Shown: in pieces, positions 1 to 8,393 of the stretch
How the letters are laid out: the number at the start of each line of letters is the position of its first letter
Position numbering within the stretch: the stretch's first letter is position 1
From: a virus
Taxonomy: Duplodnaviria > Heunggongvirae > Uroviricota > Caudoviricetes
Reading direction: 5' to 3' (one strand)
DNA: 35,039 nt
Virus record (IMG/VR): IMGVR_UViG_2660238349_000014
Program-made: the position numbers and the translations under genes
The notes under the pieces: generated by a model
The model's input: only the letters and a program-made list of their open reading frames with translations
What the model was told of the DNA's origin: nothing
Database searches by the model: none

Positions 1-54
1 GAAAAATATCCTCTTTGTTTTGTTAAAAATACATAGCTGGTATAGGTGGGAGTT

Positions 55-80
55 AAGACGAAAACGTTGGTTTGGGGGAA
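55..80. other. invertase crossover site, hix/gix-like, opposite orientation to the site in the expressed fibre gene
   Basis: Reverse complement is TTCCCCCAAACCAACGTTTTCGTCTT, fitting the two half-sites-plus-central-AA layout of Hin/Gin/Cin/Pin sites as recalled from memory. Lies at the 5' end of cassette 1. Confidence 0.6.
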
Positions 81-539
81 GGCTCNGCGCTGCCCGTTGG
101 TGTGCCTGTTCCGTGGCCCTCAGCCACACCACCAACGGGCTGGCTGAAATGTAACGGTGCAGCATTTTCTTCTGAAATGTATCCCAAACTGGCAAAAGCT
201 TACCCCACCAATAAATTACCGGATTTACGGGGTGAATTTATTCGTGGCTGGGATGATGGGCGGGGAATTGATAATAGACGCAACCTACTGTCTGCACAGT
301 CTGACACTATTCAGAATATAGTTGGCACTTTTGGACGAACTCAGCTTTTTAAAGATGCTTTAAATTCAGGGCCATTTAGTCAAACTGACTCTATATTATC
401 AGTAGGCTTGCAACCAACTGAGAATATTGAAGGATATGGCGCCTCTGTATGGACATTCGACGCCTCTCGCTCAGTTCGCACAGCATCTGAAACACGTCCT
501 CGTAACATTGCGTTTAATTACATCGTAAGGGCGGCATAG
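72..539 (+). other. silent tail-fibre C-terminal cassette 1
   Basis: ORF opens with TTG inside the crossover site, not a real start. N-terminal ~65 aa (GEGSALPVGVPVPWPSATPPTGWLKCNGAAFSSEMYP...GRGID) nearly identical to the C-terminal part of the expressed fibre gene at 2636..3559. Variable middle, conserved end RPRNIAFNYIVRAA. Confidence 0.75.
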
Positions 540-558
540 AAACGTTGGTTTGGGGGAA
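533..558. other. invertase crossover site, hybrid of cassette 1 end and cassette 2 start
   Basis: Reverse complement TTCCCCCAAACCAACGTTTCTATGCC, identical to the sites at 1005..1030 and 2617..2642. Overlaps the cassette 1 stop codon. Confidence 0.6.
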
Positions 559-1011
559 GGCTCTGCACTACCTGTTGGTGTGCCTGTTCCATGGCCGTCA
601 GCCACACCGCCAACAGGGTGGCTGAAATGTAACGGTGCAGCATTTTCTTCTGAAATGTACCCCAATCTGGCAAAGGCTTACCCCACGAATAAATTACCGG
701 ATTTACGGGGCGAATTTATCCGTGGCTGGGATGACGGACGAGGTATTGATGCAGGACGAGAGATACTTTCATTTCAGGAAGGCACTATCGTCTCCGGTTT
801 TGATGATAATGATACTGGGGATATCAGTTCACTTAGCTCAACACAATACGGATTTGGTGACACTCTAACCTCTAATCAATGGGGGGCCATAAATGGCAAA
901 AAGTGGATATTTGATGCATCCAGTAAAGGTGCACAAAAATATGACTGGTGGGCTTATGTATCAGCTCGTCCGCGTAATATTGCATTTAATTACATCGTAA
1001 GAGCGGCATAG
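550..1011 (+). other. silent tail-fibre C-terminal cassette 2
   Basis: Same conserved N-terminal ~65 aa and C-terminal RPRNIAFNYIVRAA as the other cassettes, with a different central segment. TTG at the 5' end, no independent start. Confidence 0.75.
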
Positions 1012-1030
1012 AAACGTTGGTTTGGGGGAA
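1005..1030. other. invertase crossover site
   Basis: Identical 26-mer to 533..558, sitting at the cassette 2 / cassette 3 junction. Confidence 0.6.
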
Positions 1031-1498
1031 GGCTCTGCACTGCCCGTTGGTGTGCCTGTTCCGTGGCCCTCAGCCACACCGCCAACAGGGTGGCTGAAAT
1101 GTAACGGTGCAGCATTTTCTTCTGAAATGTACCCCAAACTGGCAAAGGCTTACCCCACCAATAAATTACCGGATTTACGGGGCGAGTTTATTCGTGGCTG
1201 GGATGACGGGCGAGGGATTGATGCAGGACGTGCTTTATTAAGCTTTCAAACTGGGATGCTGGAAAAACACCGCCATATTGTTGTAGCTAACGATGGGTAT
1301 GACACAAAGGATGAATGGGAGTTGGCCACAATTTTCAAAAAAACATATACACAAGGACGGGGACTTGATGCCACAAGTACAGGCGGGAGTCTGATCCCAT
1401 CACCGACACTTCATTCACGAGGGAGTATTGGTAACACTGGTGGTAGTGAAACTCGCCCCCGCAATATCGCATTTAACTATATCGTGAGGGCGGCTTAA
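1022..1498 (+). other. silent tail-fibre C-terminal cassette 3
   Basis: Conserved N- and C-terminal ends as in the other cassettes with a unique middle. Ends 6 bp from the convergent tail-fibre assembly gene. Confidence 0.75.
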
Positions 1499-1504
1499 TT
1501 ATAC

Positions 1505-2122
1505 TCAACTGGCTGCTGCCAGAGGCATTTCCGGCCAGTTGATATCCGGTGCAGTGCTGATGTCAGTCGCATTAAGCGTATCTATGAAATCAAGCACGGC
1601 GTTTAGTTTTTCCGTCTCCTGGGGCGTCAATCGGCGTCCGGCTCGTAGTTTGAGATTAATAAGCTCAACAGATGCCATTGCCTGTTCCTCAAGTTGCTGA
1701 CGATGCGCTCCGGCAGCTTCCAGTTCTGCTGCGTGCTGTCGTCTCGTATCTGTCACCCAAATCTCACCATCCCAGACATCATAGATAGTAGCTGGCTGTT
1801 TCACCGTCGTATCAGGAGGGTAATCTCCCGGTTGTGTGATTTGCACAGCGTTACCATTCTCTGTGCTGTAAACCGTTTCGCCTCTGTGGTCTGGAACATA
1901 TTTCCAGATGTTCTGGTCGGTATCACGACAGACAGCGAAGCCGGGGCGTTTTTCTGGTGGCGCGTCAATGCATGAGTGAGCCGGAATTCCAACACCATAA
2001 GCGAGATACTCAACAGTGGCAGAGAGATATTCACGGTTTTCAGCATCGTAGTTATAAACGGTAATATCGCCTGCAGTTATAGCGATACCATTCTGATCAA
2101 GTACTGCAGCAGCATTATTCAT
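1505..2122 (-). CDS. tail fibre assembly protein (Tfa / Mu U / P2 G-like)
   Basis: 205 aa. C-terminal segment LTPQETEKLNAVLDFIDTLNATDISTAPDINWPE resembles the conserved Tfa C-terminus. Start codon overlaps the stop of the upstream cassette at 2122. Confidence 0.75.
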   Translation of the reverse strand: MNNAAAVLDQNGIAITAGDITVYNYDAENREYLSATVEYLAYGVGIPAHSCIDAPPEKRPGFAVCRDTDQNIWKYVPDHRGETVYSTENGNAVQITQPGDYPPDTTVKQPATIYDVWDGEIWVTDTRRQHAAELEAAGAHRQQLEEQAMASVELINLKLRAGRRLTPQETEKLNAVLDFIDTLNATDISTAPDINWPEMPLAAAS

Positions 2123-2625
2123 TAAGTAGCCCTTACAATATAGTTAAACGCAATATTACGGGGGCGGTTTTCCGTTCCTGTATTCCCTCCGTTGGCACCT
2201 AATCTATAAACACCACGAGTGCCAATAGCACGTAGTGAAGATGGAACTTTTACACCTGACTCATCTGTTTTAACAATCCCGCCATCACCGTATGTAGCCA
2301 GTATACCAGGGTTTGTTCCTGCACGGGTGTTGTTTGCGGCAAGCCCTTCACCAGTCCATAACTCCATATAATGAATATGATCTATAACCGAATGTGATTG
2401 TGCATTAAGCAAGGAACGCCCTGAATCAATTCCCCGCCCATCATCCCAGCCACGAATAAACTCACCCCGTAAATCCGGTAATTTATTGGTGGGGTAAGCC
2501 TTTGCCAGTTTGGGGTACATTTCAGAAGAAAATGCTGCGCCGTTACATTTCAGCCACCCTGTTGGCGGTGTGGCTGAGGGCCACGGAACAGGCACACCAA
2601 CGGGTAGTGCAGAGCCTTCCCCCAA
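2122..2625 (-). other. silent tail-fibre C-terminal cassette 4, directly upstream of tfa
   Basis: Same conserved N-terminal ~65 aa, ends RPRNIAFNYIVRAT. TTG at the 5' end. Lies just downstream of the stop of the expressed fibre gene, same strand. Confidence 0.7.
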
Positions 2626-2642
2626 ACCAACGTTTCTATGCC
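2617..2642. other. invertase crossover site, same orientation as the site at 3059
   Basis: Plus strand reads TTCCCCCAAACCAACGTTTCTATGCC. Overlaps the stop of the expressed fibre gene and the start of cassette 4. Confidence 0.6.
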
Positions 2643-3559
2643 GCTCTTACGATGTAATTAAATGTAATGTTACGGGGACGGGTTTCTGAACCACCAGGTG
2701 CACTGGTTTCTATAGTGCCTAAATTTATTCTCGAACCGTTTGTATCCGCCCCGACAATGTACGGTCCACCAGTTCCATCTGGTCCATTTGCACCCCATAT
2801 TTCACGGAAGTAATGACTGTGCGATTTAAACATATCGCCCTGTAACGAAAGTAGAGTGCGTCCTGAATCAATTCCCCGCCCGTCATCCCAGCCGCGAATA
2901 AATTCACCCCGTAAATCCGGTAATTTATTTGTAGGATAAGCCTTTGCCAGATTGGGGTACATTTCAGAAGAAAATGCTGCGCCGTTACATTTCAGCCACC
3001 CTGCTGGCGGTGTGGCTGAGGGCCACGGAACGGGCACACCAACGGGCAGCGCTGAGCCTTCCCCCAAACCAAGGTTTTTGACAAACAGCGCAGGCTCAGG
3101 AATATCTGCGCCGTTCTGGTCTTTAGCCAGCTTTTCCGCCAGCTTGTTCAGTACCGTAGTCGCAAAGTTTGGATCATTACCGAGAGCGTCAGCCAGCTCT
3201 TTAAGCGTATCCAGTGTCTCAGGGGCGCTGCCTGCAAGTGCCGCAAGTGCTTTGGCCACAAACTCCGTCGTCGCCAGCTTTTTGCTGTTATCACCATTTG
3301 CAGGTGTAGGTGCTGTTGGTGTGCCGGTGAATGTCGGACTGGCTTTCGTCGCGTACTGGGTATGCGGGTCAACTGCCGCGATATGTGCAGCCAGGTCTGT
3401 TCCGCTTTTTTCGACCTTCTGTTTGAGGTATGACGTTCGGCTGGCCAGTTGTTTAGCCTGGCGGTTAGAAATTCCGTCAGGTCCGCCCAGAACGGGGTCA
3501 GAGACCTCAATCTGGTATATGCCGCTTTCCCACTGCGGGGTTTCGGGTAGATTTGCCAT
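2636..3559 (-). CDS. tail fibre protein, currently expressed variant (constant N-terminus fused to cassette 5)
   Basis: 307 aa. N-terminal part carries a P2 gpH-like collar motif (TEFVAKALAALAGSAPETLDTLKELADALGNDPNFATT). C-terminal part from ...NLGLGEGSALPVG onward matches the cassette family. First gene-sized ORF after the baseplate genes. Confidence 0.8.
   Translation of the reverse strand: MANLPETPQWESGIYQIEVSDPVLGGPDGISNRQAKQLASRTSYLKQKVEKSGTDLAAHIAAVDPHTQYATKASPTFTGTPTAPTPANGDNSKKLATTEFVAKALAALAGSAPETLDTLKELADALGNDPNFATTVLNKLAEKLAKDQNGADIPEPALFVKNLGLGEGSALPVGVPVPWPSATPPAGWLKCNGAAFSSEMYPNLAKAYPTNKLPDLRGEFIRGWDDGRGIDSGRTLLSLQGDMFKSHSHYFREIWGANGPDGTGGPYIVGADTNGSRINLGTIETSAPGGSETRPRNITFNYIVRAA
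3059..3084. other. invertase crossover site at the constant/variable junction of the tail fibre gene
   Basis: Plus strand TTCCCCCAAACCAAGGTTTTTGACAA. As recalled, close to Salmonella hixL (TTCTTGAAAACCAAGGTTTTTGATAA). Encodes the GLGEG junction. Confidence 0.7.
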
Positions 3560-3561
3560 AA

Positions 3562-4140
3562 TTAACTGCTCCCGTGGTTGTAACTACCGTCATAACGGGT
3601 AGTACTGTTGTATCGAATGGCGACAGACTGATATTCCAGACTTGCCAGATGACAGCGAGCCGGAGCAAAGGCAGCAAGCGTCTGACGTAACAGCGCCGCC
3701 TGATCGTTAGTGATGGGTTGTTGAAGGATGACGCGATAGACTGCCCAGGCTTGTGCATCACCATGGACGAAAAGCCCGTTGTACGTGTGTCTGCCGTCAT
3801 AGCCAATCTGCCCCGTACCTTCAATCAGATCCACTTCGCCGAAGCCAAAACGGCGGATAATTTCCCGGATTGACCACGGTGTTCCTTTATAGCGGTGTAG
3901 CTCGATAGCGGATTTGATAAGCATGCGGCGTACATCGTCCGATTCCGCCAGTTCCCAGCCATCGCCGAACAGCGAGAACTGCTCGCCAAGCCATGGCAGC
4001 GCGGAACTGTCGACAATATCGACGAGACCGACCATCAGTACGCTCAGGTCGATGTTATCCAGCCGTCCGGCCAGTCTTCCCAGCGTTCTGAGACTGATAT
4101 CACCCTCAAGCGGTGGCGGGAGTTGTAGCACCTCAGCCAT
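3562..4140 (-). CDS. baseplate protein (P2 gpI / Mu gp48-like)
   Basis: 192 aa. Position between the baseplate J-like gene and the tail fibre. Family assignment by synteny plus general resemblance. Confidence 0.55.
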   Translation of the reverse strand: MAEVLQLPPPLEGDISLRTLGRLAGRLDNIDLSVLMVGLVDIVDSSALPWLGEQFSLFGDGWELAESDDVRRMLIKSAIELHRYKGTPWSIREIIRRFGFGEVDLIEGTGQIGYDGRHTYNGLFVHGDAQAWAVYRVILQQPITNDQAALLRQTLAAFAPARCHLASLEYQSVAIRYNSTTRYDGSYNHGSS

Positions 4141-5236
4141 CGGACACCCCGGTCATGTTAAGAGTGATCGCCGTACAGTTTGCCCATTCGTTTTCTGCCA
4201 CCACCCTCAGTGCCGGTGTCACCAGTTCGACCTGGTACACCCCGGAAACGGACAACACGCTGATAATCTGGCTGGGAACAATATCGCGCCCCAGCGTGGC
4301 GGTACGGGATGCCACCCAGTTCTGTATGGCGCTGTTAGCGTTGTCCTTTACCAACCTTGCATCCTGATCACGATAGATCGTAATCCTGGCTTCAATGGTG
4401 TAATCCACCTGAACAGGTGTTTTAGCCCGCACGGTATCAGTGAGTGGTCTGACTTTTTCGTCAGAACAGAAACTCTCTACCAGAGTGAGGATACTGCTGT
4501 CCGGCAGACCAGTGCTGAGCAGCGGATACAGCTCGACAGTGCCGGGAGCGGGAGAAAGAACAGCAACGTCGACAATGCCGGGATGCGCCCCCATAGCATG
4601 AAAACGGTATGCACCACGGCTTCCGGCATTGGTGAATGACTCCGGGGCCAGCCTGATACGCTCCCGGAGCCGGTCATCGTCTTCCTGCTCTGAACCGCCA
4701 GAGCTGGCCGTCAGATTGGTCACCAGCAGGTCAATGTTATCAATCTCATCGAGTAACTGACTGACCTGCGCCGGTTGCCAGCCGTTGCCAGCGGTACCCG
4801 GCTCGGTACAGGTGGCCGTGACATTGACCAGCAGCAATCCGGCCTTCAGCACCACATCTGTATCGGTGGCAAAAATAATACTGTCGGAAGCGCTGACGCG
4901 GGTGCCTGCCGGGATCAGCACATCAATGGCCAGTGCCTCATCCACAGAGAACTGAAGTGTGGTGGTGGCAGGCTGCGCAGCAAGGCGGTATACACCGACC
5001 AGTTCACCGAGGTAATCAATCATCGGCTCACGGGAAAAAGCGACCAGATTCTGCTTCGCCGCCTCCTGTACTGCCACCCTGACCAGCATTTCGCGATAGG
5101 CCCACAGGTCAATCAGCAGACGTTCAGCCTGTGCCGGGTACAGCGTTTTTCCGGTATCCTCTTCATACTTCGCAATCATTTCTGCCGTGATTTTATCGGC
5201 ATCGCGTTCAATAAAATCGGGTTCTGTCAGCGCCAT
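4133..5236 (-). CDS. baseplate J-like protein (Mu gp47 / P2 gpJ-like)
   Basis: 367 aa. Overlapping start/stop coupling with neighbours, conserved position in a myovirus baseplate module. Confidence 0.6.
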   Translation of the reverse strand: MALTEPDFIERDADKITAEMIAKYEEDTGKTLYPAQAERLLIDLWAYREMLVRVAVQEAAKQNLVAFSREPMIDYLGELVGVYRLAAQPATTTLQFSVDEALAIDVLIPAGTRVSASDSIIFATDTDVVLKAGLLLVNVTATCTEPGTAGNGWQPAQVSQLLDEIDNIDLLVTNLTASSGGSEQEDDDRLRERIRLAPESFTNAGSRGAYRFHAMGAHPGIVDVAVLSPAPGTVELYPLLSTGLPDSSILTLVESFCSDEKVRPLTDTVRAKTPVQVDYTIEARITIYRDQDARLVKDNANSAIQNWVASRTATLGRDIVPSQIISVLSVSGVYQVELVTPALRVVAENEWANCTAITLNMTGVSDG

Positions 5237-5574
5237 AGCAGTTCCTGAGTACGGGGTTGTCCGTCTGAGCCTTTCCAGCTCACCCGGAGCGTAAGATGTT
5301 CGCCGTCGACGGCGGGTTTAACCGACATAAGCTGGCAGCGGGGTTCCCAGCGCCTGATGGCATCGACGGATTCGCGAACCACATGCGGAATGGCCCGGTC
5401 GACAGGCCAGTCGATATAAAGGTGCAGATTGCTGCCGAACTCCGGGCGATGCGGGTCGCTGCCGCGGGGAGTCCGCAGGATGATCTGGATGGACTGCCGG
5501 ATATCATCCAGCCCCCGGACGATTTCGCCGGGAGCCTGCAGAGCTGGTTGCCAGAATACTGAGGTCGTTTTCAT
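5227..5574 (-). CDS. baseplate wedge protein (GPW / gp25-like)
   Basis: 115 aa, size and position typical of the gpW/gp25 family. Confidence 0.6.
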   Translation of the reverse strand: MKTTSVFWQPALQAPGEIVRGLDDIRQSIQIILRTPRGSDPHRPEFGSNLHLYIDWPVDRAIPHVVRESVDAIRRWEPRCQLMSVKPAVDGEHLTLRVSWKGSDGQPRTQELLWR

Positions 5575-5630
5575 GGAGGCAGTATTGCCCCCGGGAAGTA
5601 AGCGCCGATATTAAAGGCGTTTAAGAAGGT

Positions 5631-6158
5631 TCAATGGGAATGGTGATTAGAGTTCTGACCATCAGCAAATATGTTACCCGTTGCATGGGCGCTTCCGTTG
5701 ATTTCCAGATCACCATTGAGTGTCGCGGGGCCGTTGATCGTGGTAACTCCCGTGAGGTCGAGGTTTTTCCCTTTGAGAGAGATATCAGCGGCAACCTCCA
5801 CCACGATACGCTCAATACCTCCTCTGACCGTCAGCGTATGGGTCGCGCGGTTATAACTGAACTCCGCGCCATCAGCGTATTTCGTACCCCGGACGTTTTT
5901 ATCACTGAACGGCGGTTTATCGACGTCTGAGTACACCGCGCCCAGAATAACACCATCCTCGCCGTTGGCATCGAGCAGCACCTCAACCTGCTCCCCCACG
6001 TCAGGGAGCCAGTAATCCTTGTTATCCTGGGTATTGCGCTGTAGCACGTTAAGCCAGTTTGTGCGCAGATTATCGCATTCAGGCAGACGAACGCGGGCCT
6101 GAACCCTGTCGGCATCAACGGCACTGACCGTACCGATCTGACGGGTGACACCAGTCAT
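5631..6158 (-). CDS. baseplate spike / assembly protein V-like
   Basis: 175 aa. N-terminal region typical of gpV-type spike proteins, position upstream of the gpW-like gene. Confidence 0.6.
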   Translation of the reverse strand: MTGVTRQIGTVSAVDADRVQARVRLPECDNLRTNWLNVLQRNTQDNKDYWLPDVGEQVEVLLDANGEDGVILGAVYSDVDKPPFSDKNVRGTKYADGAEFSYNRATHTLTVRGGIERIVVEVAADISLKGKNLDLTGVTTINGPATLNGDLEINGSAHATGNIFADGQNSNHHSH

Positions 6159-7309
6159 TTTTTCTTCTCCTTAATCACCGTCGATGTACTGCCATCCGGG
6201 TGATAAACCGTGAGTTTCTGAGTTTTTTGTTTTTTCCCTCTTGTGACTGGCCCCCGTGCCACTTCCAGCTCTGTGGTGTAGCCGCTGTTACGCTCAAACG
6301 CATGGCGGGCAGTGATTATCAGCCATGGACCGGATAACTGTCCAAAGCCCACCAGTTCAATTTTGTTGCCTGCTGTCAGTTGAGGCGTTCCCGTCAGCGT
6401 CAGGGAGCCGTTCTGCTGGTATTCGTTATGTCTGGCCAGTGCTGAATCCGCTTTAATCCGGGCACTGTCCGGGTCGCTGACGCGGCTGTTAACTTTAAGT
6501 GAGTCAGCGCTGGTAACCTTACCNCCTTTGAGCTTTTTGTCGCTTTCACGGGTACCACCATCAGCTTCGTAGACGATCAGTTTTTTACTGCTGCTTTTCT
6601 GGTGTTTTACCTTTGCAGATTTATAGACCCGGTTGATGGTGTCACGCAGGGAAAAGCNGGCCACATCCTGCGGTTTTAACTGCCTGACCGGCTCCTGACT
6701 GCGCAGTGTGGCCAGATGAGAAAAAATCANCTGGTCACTGACCACTTTCACTGCATAACCATACTCGCTGGCCAGCCGGCGCAGAAAACCCACGTCGGTT
6801 TCAGCATACTGGGTCACCCGGTCGATTCTGATGGACTCAATGCTGCCCACCAGTTTCAGCCGGTGCTTTCTGGCAATCCGCCCCGCAACAGCTGCCAGCG
6901 TGGTGTTCTCAAAACCACGGCTGGATTTAGTCCGCAGAGCACTGTTAACCGAGGTGGCCACCCCACGGATAGCGACAACGGACGCGGGCGAACTCACTTC
7001 GATCTCGTCTATTGAGAATGTACCGCAGGACAGCAGTTTCTCGCCCTGATAACCCATTTTCAGCGTCAGCGTGTCACCCTTGCCCGGATACCACTTATCC
7101 AGCCAGCGGCCATCGGTGTCGTCCAGCTCCACCTCAATGGTATCGGACTCATTTTTGATGTTATCGCTCCAGACCACACGGGTGACATAAGGCGCGATAT
7201 CAGAGGTGATGTTTTTCTGCAGATACCACAGAGTGAATACCGGCGTCAGCACATCGCTGACGCCGGTTAACGCTGATGTGGCTTGCGCAGTACTGTTTAT
7301 CTCAGCCAT
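6155..7309 (-). CDS. baseplate hub protein (P2 gpD / Mu P-like)
   Basis: 384 aa. Position between the X-like and V-like genes. Contains ambiguous codons (X). Confidence 0.55.
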   Translation of the reverse strand: MAEINSTAQATSALTGVSDVLTPVFTLWYLQKNITSDIAPYVTRVVWSDNIKNESDTIEVELDDTDGRWLDKWYPGKGDTLTLKMGYQGEKLLSCGTFSIDEIEVSSPASVVAIRGVATSVNSALRTKSSRGFENTTLAAVAGRIARKHRLKLVGSIESIRIDRVTQYAETDVGFLRRLASEYGYAVKVVSDQXIFSHLATLRSQEPVRQLKPQDVAXFSLRDTINRVYKSAKVKHQKSSSKKLIVYEADGGTRESDKKLKXGKVTSADSLKVNSRVSDPDSARIKADSALARHNEYQQNGSLTLTGTPQLTAGNKIELVGFGQLSGPWLIITARHAFERNSGYTTELEVARGPVTRGKKQKTQKLTVYHPDGSTSTVIKEKKK

Positions 7310-7512
7310 GGGGCAATATCCTCTTCTGTACGGGCATCTTCAGCCTCAATAACCGGGATCAGTAACAACAACCCGGAGGGCAGCACCGGCGTAATGGCCA
7401 CGTGCGGATTGGCTGCAATAATCCGGGGATAGCCCAGCGGGTCACCGTAGTACTGCCATGCCAGCGAATCCCAGCGCTCTCCGTCACGGGTAATATGTTC
7501 AAGAAACATCAC
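7297..7512 (-). CDS. tail protein X-like (LysM-like small tail protein)
   Basis: 71 aa with GERWDSLAWQYYGD...IIAANP, resembling the P2 gpX family. Confidence 0.55.
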   Translation of the reverse strand: MMFLEHITRDGERWDSLAWQYYGDPLGYPRIIAANPHVAITPVLPSGLLLLIPVIEAEDARTEEDIAPWLR

Positions 7513-8393
7513 ACACTCCTCGTCAGTATTCTGGCGGCCATTGCACTTAATCCCGGAGACATGCGGTTGAATGCTGTGCCGGCGGCGTTAAGCTGCCCGG
7601 AAACGGTATCCAGAGCACCTGCAATATTTCTTTTGTCCACACCACTCAGCGCCGACTGCGCCTGCTGTACATACGTGGCTGCCTCACTGGCTGTTCTGGC
7701 CAGACTGATGGCATCGGGCATGGATTCAGAGAGTGCATTAAACGCCGGAATACTTTTCCCCAGAGCGCCGGATATATTACCCAGTCCGCTCATCAGTCCC
7801 GGCACACGGGTCAGCGCGACAACGGGGTTACCCTTCATTTTCTGCGCCACCCGAACGGCACTGATAGTGGTCTGGAGTACAGACTGCGCCTGTTTCGCAT
7901 AGTTGACGCCGTTACGGACGAACTGCGCCACCCCGGAAGGCGATGGAACAGCACCCGATACAGCTCCGGCACCGGGAACCTGCCTGCGTATTGCCGGCGG
8001 TTGCAGAGGATTTTTCGGGTCACCGGTGTATTCCCGGAGAGACACGGTGGCACTGACAGCCAGCACGTTACCGGTGCTGTCTGTCTGCTCGCTGGTTGCG
8101 GTCACATCGGTAATCACGAACCAGCCGCGATAGTCACCGTTGCCGAAGACCAGCGCCAGTGCCTGATGGGCCTTCATGGCTGTTCGCACTCTCGCCAGCT
8201 CCACGTCGGGCACACAATAATGCTGATGGAAGACCAGGCTTATCTGGATTTCGTCCAGCCTGTCGCCGACAAACTGCAGGCCGGGTTTACCCTCGATGCG
8301 GGCATGCTCCGCATAATCGACGCCAAACGTGGCCTCGAAGCCGTCCCAGTAGGTAATCAGTTCAAACTCAATATCACCCAGTACGGCAAACAT
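7509..8393 (-). CDS. DNA circularisation protein N-like (Mu gp43-like)
   Basis: 294 aa, immediately downstream of the tape measure gene as in Mu-like tail modules. Confidence 0.5.
   Translation of the reverse strand: MFAVLGDIEFELITYWDGFEATFGVDYAEHARIEGKPGLQFVGDRLDEIQISLVFHQHYCVPDVELARVRTAMKAHQALALVFGNGDYRGWFVITDVTATSEQTDSTGNVLAVSATVSLREYTGDPKNPLQPPAIRRQVPGAGAVSGAVPSPSGVAQFVRNGVNYAKQAQSVLQTTISAVRVAQKMKGNPVVALTRVPGLMSGLGNISGALGKSIPAFNALSESMPDAISLARTASEAATYVQQAQSALSGVDKRNIAGALDTVSGQLNAAGTAFNRMSPGLSAMAARILTRSV

Noticed and set aside
55-1498. Three tandem ~470-bp repeat units, which could be taken for a tandem repeat array or CRISPR-like structure
   Set aside because: Units are far longer than CRISPR repeats and carry long open reading frames homologous to the tail fibre C-terminus. 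They are coding cassettes, not spacer arrays.
3914-4639. 241-aa plus-strand ORF overlapping the minus-strand baseplate genes
   Set aside because: Antisense shadow ORF in GC-rich coding sequence. It lacks coupling to any neighbour, and the minus-strand genes form a coherent operon.
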